Positions 40,711 through 45,037 of a stretch of DNA of 45,037 nt are shown here, one piece after another. The stretch comes from Deltaproteobacteria bacterium (lineage in GTDB: Bacteria > Desulfobacterota > Syntrophia > Syntrophales > UBA5619). Position 1 is the stretch's first letter. The number at the start of each line of letters is the position of its first letter. The stretch is from contig JAMDBG010000003.1 of the NCBI GenBank assembly GCA_023487865.1, forward strand, positions 1-45,037, in the 5' to 3' direction. Made by a program: the position numbers and the translations under genes. The notes below the pieces were generated by a model that worked only from the letters and a program-made list of their open reading frames with translations, ran no database searches and was not told the origin of the DNA.

Positions 40711-40882
40711 GAAGATGATGCCCTCGTAAAAAGGTCACAAAAGCCTTGAATTTGGGACGGCTTCGTAAAAGGGCCGCAGGCAAGGCGCGCGAAAACCGAG
40801 GAGTGAGACGTACTTTGCCGTACGCCGCAACGACGAGGGATGAAGCGCAACGCAGCATCCGGATTTTTTACGAAGCCGTCAA
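40711..40882. mobile_element. Non-autonomous palindromic MITE-like element, with a degenerate second left end
   Basis: Perfect 15-bp inverted repeat GACGGCTTCGTAAAA (40756-40770) / TTTTACGAAGCCGTC (40866-40880); central CGTAC/GTACG hairpin; extra degenerate left end TGATGCCCTCGTAAAAA at 40716-40732; second copy at 1780-1867. Confidence 0.75.
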
Positions 40883-40910
40883 AGATAGCCATCGGGAGAA
40901 TACCAATTAC

Positions 40911-42167
40911 ATGTCTTATTTAATGCAGGCCGACCCGGAGGTCGGAGAGGCCATCCGGCAGGAAACCCGCAGACAGGCGGGAAAACTTGAAATGATCGCT
41001 TCGGAAAACTTTGTCAGCGAGGCCGTCCTGGAAGCCCAGGGGAGCGTGATGACGAACAAGTATGCCGAAGGCTACCCCGGCCGCCGTTATTACGGGGGAT
41101 GCGAGTTCGTCGATATCGTGGAGCGGCTCGCCATCGAACGGAGCAAGCGGCTCTTCGGGGCAGAGCACGCCAATGTGCAGGCGCATGCGGGCGTTCAGGC
41201 CAACATGGCCGTTTATTTTTCAGTCCTTGCTCCGGGAGATACGATTTTGGGCATGAACCTCTCCCACGGCGGCCATCTCTCGCACGGGAGCCCCGCCAGT
41301 TTTTCCGGACGGTTTTACCATGGCGTTTTCTATGGAGTGGATCGGAAGACCGAAACCATCGACTTCAACGAAGTGGAGACACTCGCCAGGCAGCATCGGC
41401 CGAAGATCATCGTCGTCGGCGCCAGCTCCTATCCCCGGACGATCGATTATCGGAAGTTCCGGGACATCGCCGACCGGGTCGGGGCGCTGATCATGGCCGA
41501 CATCGCCCACATCGGCGGCCTGGTCGCCGCCGGTCTGCATCCTTCCCCCGTCCCCGTCTGCGAATTCGTCACAATGACCACCCACAAAACGTTGCGAGGT
41601 CCCCGGGGGGGGCTGATCCTGTGCAAGAATCCATTCGCCCAGGCCCTTGATGCGAAGATCTTCCCGGGGATGCAGGGCGGACCCCTCATGCATATCATTG
41701 CCGCCAAGGCGGTCGCTTTGAAAGAGGCCCTTACCGACGACTTCAAGCAATATCAGGCCCAGATCCTTAAAAACGCCCGGACCCTTGCCGATACCCTGCT
41801 GGCGGAAGGTTTTCGACTCGTTTCCGGCGGTACGGACAACCACCTGATGCTCGTCGATCTGACCCATCTGGGCATCACGGGAAAGGAAGCGCAGGAGACC
41901 CTGGACCGGACAGGGATCACGATCAATAAAAATCCGATTCCCTATGACACGAAGAGCCCCCAGGTGACCAGCGGCATACGCATCGGAACACCTGCACTGA
42001 CCACACGGGGGATGAAAGAGGCGGAGATGAAGCAGATCGGTGGAATCATCACGGAGGTGCTCCGGAATATCCATAACGAAAAACGCCTGACCGAGATCCG
42101 GGAAGAGGTCAGATCCCTCTGCGAGCGATTCCCTCTCTACCCGGAACGGTTAAGGGAAAACCGGTAG
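40911..42167 (+). CDS. glyA: Serine hydroxymethyltransferase
   Basis: [21 protein letters not shown] and [12 protein letters not shown]; start ATG 40911 (the longer track ORF reads through the repeat). Confidence 0.97.
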   Translation: MSYLMQADPEVGEAIRQETRRQAGKLEMIASENFVSEAVLEAQGSVMTNKYAEGYPGRRYYGGCEFVDIVERLAIERSKRLFGAEHANVQAHAGVQANMAVYFSVLAPGDTILGMNLSHGGHLSHGSPASFSGRFYHGVFYGVDRKTETIDFNEVETLARQHRPKIIVVGASSYPRTIDYRKFRDIADRVGALIMADIAHIGGLVAAGLHPSPVPVCEFVTMTTHKTLRGPRGGLILCKNPFAQALDAKIFPGMQGGPLMHIIAAKAVALKEALTDDFKQYQAQILKNARTLADTLLAEGFRLVSGGTDNHLMLVDLTHLGITGKEAQETLDRTGITINKNPIPYDTKSPQVTSGIRIGTPALTTRGMKEAEMKQIGGIITEVLRNIHNEKRLTEIREEVRSLCERFPLYPERLRENR

Positions 42168-42197
42168 CGGCCCCCGGGGCGAAAGCGGACTTCAGAC

Positions 42198-42683
42198 ATG
42201 GCAGAACCTGAAACAGGAAAGCAGTCGGACGGCAGGGCTGAATCCGACCGGCCCGAGTGGGACGATTATTTTCTCGATATCGTCGGGCTCGTCGGCAAAC
42301 GCGCCACCTGCCTGAGGCGCTGTGTCGGCGCCGCTCTGGTCCGGGACCGGCGGATCCTTTCCACCGGATACAACGGCGCCCCTTCGGGGCTCCGTCATTG
42401 CCTGGAGATCGGCTGCCTCAGAGAGCAGAATAATATCCCTTCCGGTGAACGCCATGAGCTCTGCCGCGGGCTCCACGCCGAGCAGAACGCCATCATCCAG
42501 GCGGCGCTGCACGGGGTCAGCGTCAACGGGGCGACCCTTTACTGCACGAACCATCCCTGTATCATCTGCGCCAAAATGATCATCAATGCCGGAATCGTTC
42601 GGATCGTCGTCGCGGGAGAGTACCGCGATCGTCTTGCCGAAGAGATGCTGGCGGAGGCAAACATCGAGGTAAACAGGCGATGA
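42198..42683 (+). CDS. dCMP deaminase / ComEB-family zinc deaminase
   Basis: RATCLRR-VGA, GYNG, HAEQNA and PCIIC. Confidence 0.9.
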   Translation: MAEPETGKQSDGRAESDRPEWDDYFLDIVGLVGKRATCLRRCVGAALVRDRRILSTGYNGAPSGLRHCLEIGCLREQNNIPSGERHELCRGLHAEQNAIIQAALHGVSVNGATLYCTNHPCIICAKMIINAGIVRIVVAGEYRDRLAEEMLAEANIEVNRR

Positions 42684-43165
42684 AATGTCCTTTTTGCGCC
42701 CATTGCGACAACAAGGTGATCGACTCGCGGATCAGCAAGGACGGCGACGCCATCCGGCGGCGGCGGGAGTGTCTGGGCTGCAGCAAACGCTTCACAACCT
42801 ATGAATACGTCGAAGAGGTCCTGCCGGTGGTCGTCAAAAAAGATGGCCGCCGCGAGCCTTTCGATCGGACAAAGATCCGGATCGGGATCAAGAAGGCCTG
42901 TGAGAAACGTCCGATCAGCACCGACGCCATCGAAACCGTGGTGGACAATGTCGAACGGTCCTGTCAGGAATTCCAGGACAAGGAGATCCCCTCCGCGGCG
43001 ATCGGCGAAAAGATCATGCGGGAACTCCAGACCCTCGACGGCGTCGCCTATGTCCGCTTCGCATCGGTTTACCGTGAGTTCCGGGATGTCAGCGACTTTG
43101 TAGAGGAATTGAAGGATTTCCTCCGTGACAGAAAAATAGGGAAGGGAAAAAAGAAGGAGGGATAG
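42680..43165 (+). CDS. nrdR: Transcriptional repressor NrdR
   Basis: MKCPFC, RRRREC-C-RFTTYE, ATP cone and AYVRFASVY. Confidence 0.96.
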   Translation: MKCPFCAHCDNKVIDSRISKDGDAIRRRRECLGCSKRFTTYEYVEEVLPVVVKKDGRREPFDRTKIRIGIKKACEKRPISTDAIETVVDNVERSCQEFQDKEIPSAAIGEKIMRELQTLDGVAYVRFASVYREFRDVSDFVEELKDFLRDRKIGKGKKKEG

Positions 43166-43168
43166 AGG

Positions 43169-43837
43169 GTGTTCACGGGAATTGTAGCCGCCATGGGATC
43201 CGTCCGGCGCCTGTCGCTCCGGGGTGAAGATGCCCTGCTGGAGGTCGACGCCTCCCTGGAGCTGGGCGACGTCCGGATCGGCGACAGCATCTCCGTCAGC
43301 GGTGCCTGCCTCACCGTCACCGCGCTGAAAGATACGGGATTCACGGCGGATGTATCGGCGGAGACCCTCTCCCGGACGACGCTCAAGACCATAAAGGCAG
43401 GCGATCCGGTGAATCTTGAAAAGGCCCTGCGCGTCGGGGATCGGCTCGGAGGACACATCGTCCTGGGCCACGTGGATGGTGTGGGCAGGATCCTTGAAAA
43501 ATCCGTCCTTTCCCAATCGGTCATTTTCTGCTTCGGGATTGATCCGGGACTGACCCGCTATGTGGTCGCCAAGGGATCGATCGCGGTGGACGGGATCAGC
43601 CTGACCGTGAACCGCTGTGAAAAGGACCGTTTTTATGTTAATATCATTCCTCACACGGCGGCCGGAACGACCCTCGGAGTGAAAAAGACATCGGAGTCCG
43701 TCAACATCGAAACGGATATCCTGGCCAGGTATCTGGAGAAACTGATCAAGGCCGATCCGGCGGGCGTTGATGAGAAAGGCAATCCTGCCGGCGGAGTGGA
43801 CATGGCCCTTCTCGCCCGGCACGGATTCTTGAAATAG
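43169..43837 (+). CDS. ribE: Riboflavin synthase (alpha chain)
   Basis: MFTGIV, GACLT, GGHIVLGHVD and VNIETD. Confidence 0.95.
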   Translation: MFTGIVAAMGSVRRLSLRGEDALLEVDASLELGDVRIGDSISVSGACLTVTALKDTGFTADVSAETLSRTTLKTIKAGDPVNLEKALRVGDRLGGHIVLGHVDGVGRILEKSVLSQSVIFCFGIDPGLTRYVVAKGSIAVDGISLTVNRCEKDRFYVNIIPHTAAGTTLGVKKTSESVNIETDILARYLEKLIKADPAGVDEKGNPAGGVDMALLARHGFLK

Positions 43838-43851
43838 AAAATGGAGAAGTT

Positions 43852-45037
43852 ATGGGTGTCAGCACCATCAAGGAAGCCATCGTCGATATCAAAAGCGGCA
43901 GGATGGTCATTCTCGTCGATGACGAGGACCGGGAAAACGAGGGCGACCTCTGCATAGCGGCCCAGTTCGTTACACCGGAGGCGATCAACTTCATGGCCAG
44001 ATACGGCCGGGGACTCATCTGCCTCACATTGACCGAGGAGGACGCAGACAAGCTCCGCCTGACGCCGATGGTCCGGGACAACCGCTCCCGCTTCGGCACC
44101 GCCTTTACCGTCTCCATCGAGGCAAAGCAGGGTGTCACGACAGGGATCTCGGCGGCCGATCGGGCAGCGACGGTCCTTGCCGCCGTCGCCGACGGCGCGA
44201 AACCGGATGACCTGGTCAGTCCCGGCCACATCTTTCCCATCCGCGCCAAGAAAGGCGGCGTCCTGGTGAGAACCGGCCAGACGGAAGGTTCGGTCGATCT
44301 GGCGCGTCTCGCCGGCCTGAAGCCCGCCGGTGTCATCTGTGAAGTCATGAAGGACGACGGGACGATGGCCCGCATGCCCGACCTGGAGACATTCGCCCGG
44401 GAGCACAATCTGAAGATCGTCACGATCAAGGATCTGATCGATTTCCGGATGCAACACGAATCCCTGATCCGACGGGCGGCGACGGCCATGATTCCCACCC
44501 GGTACGGAGGCGAGTTCAAGCTGATCGTCTACGAAAACGACGTGGACGAGATGAAGCATCTGGCCCTCGTCAAGGGGGAAATCACACCCACGGATGAGGT
44601 CCTGGTCCGTGTCCATTCGGAATGCCTGACCGGCGATGTCTTCGGCTCCGAGCGCTGCGATTGCGGCGATCAGCTCCACCAGGCCATGAACATGGTGGCG
44701 GAGGCCGGCAAAGGGGTGATCGTCTACATGCATCAGGAGGGCCGTGGAATCGGTCTGGTCAACAAGATCAAGGCTTACGAACTCCAGGAGCAGGGGCATG
44801 ACACGGTGGAGGCCAACATCGCCCTCGGGTTCAAGGAAGATCTCAGGGATTACGGCATCGGCGCCCAGATCCTGGCCGATATAGGGGTCCGGAAGATGCG
44901 ACTCCTGACGAACAATCCCAAAAAGATCGTCGGATTGGAGGGGTATGGACTCACCATCACCCAGCGCATCCCGATCGAGATCAAGCCGAACGAATGCAAC
45001 ATCCAGTACCTCCAGACGAAGAAAAAGATCAACCATC
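43852..45037 (+). CDS. ribBA: Bifunctional DHBP synthase / GTP cyclohydrolase II, 3' end outside the window
   Basis: My translation from ATG 43852: MGVSTIKEAI...VDDEDRENEGD...RVHSECLTGDVFGSERCDCG...QEGRGIG...TNNPKK; missing from the ORF track because there is no stop in the window. Confidence 0.95.
   Translation, partial: MGVSTIKEAIVDIKSGRMVILVDDEDRENEGDLCIAAQFVTPEAINFMARYGRGLICLTLTEEDADKLRLTPMVRDNRSRFGTAFTVSIEAKQGVTTGISAADRAATVLAAVADGAKPDDLVSPGHIFPIRAKKGGVLVRTGQTEGSVDLARLAGLKPAGVICEVMKDDGTMARMPDLETFAREHNLKIVTIKDLIDFRMQHESLIRRAATAMIPTRYGGEFKLIVYENDVDEMKHLALVKGEITPTDEVLVRVHSECLTGDVFGSERCDCGDQLHQAMNMVAEAGKGVIVYMHQEGRGIGLVNKIKAYELQEQGHDTVEANIALGFKEDLRDYGIGAQILADIGVRKMRLLTNNPKKIVGLEGYGLTITQRIPIEIKPNECNIQYLQTKKKINH

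Noticed and set aside
39690-40892. 400-aa minus-strand ORF, and the 62-aa ORF at 1776-1964, sharing ARLACG..KPSQ
   Set aside because: Both are antisense or off-frame to real genes; the shared peptide is a translation of the repeat element.
43651-45036. 461-aa minus-strand ORF (also long shadow ORFs at 23122-24447, 15470-16612 and 42539-43822)
   Set aside because: Antisense shadows of well-supported genes in GC-rich DNA; the real gene here is plus-strand ribBA.

Overview
A 45 kb chromosomal window from an anaerobic deltaproteobacterium (Desulfobacterota, Syntrophales-like; inferred from gene content and order). In order it holds: (1) a minus-strand tripartite tricarboxylate transporter (TctC/B/A) + PrpF-family isomerase + ThDP enzyme module; (2) a complex I-like nuo operon with no NuoEFG and four antiporter-type subunits, followed by an fdhE-like gene and nth; (3) a gap...tpiA-secG-tRNA-Leu cluster in which pgk is absent and its position is taken by a divergent second GAPDH and a 1404-aa PPDK-derived dikinase that lacks the pyruvate-binding domain; (4) an accessory patch between convergent tRNA-Leu(GAG) and tRNA-Glu(CTC) with a tiny candidate selenoprotein (UGA, UxC motif, SECIS-like hairpin), HDOD, two metallo-beta-lactamase-fold genes, a truncated CSLREA gene, a beta-barrel and LysM-NlpC/P60; (5) gltX and a yceD-rpmF-fabD-acpP-fabF-rpiB-glyA-deaminase-nrdR-ribE-ribBA cluster lacking several usual members. 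A short palindromic MITE-like repeat occurs as one full copy and one or two partial copies. All calls come from reading motifs by eye; no database searches were run.
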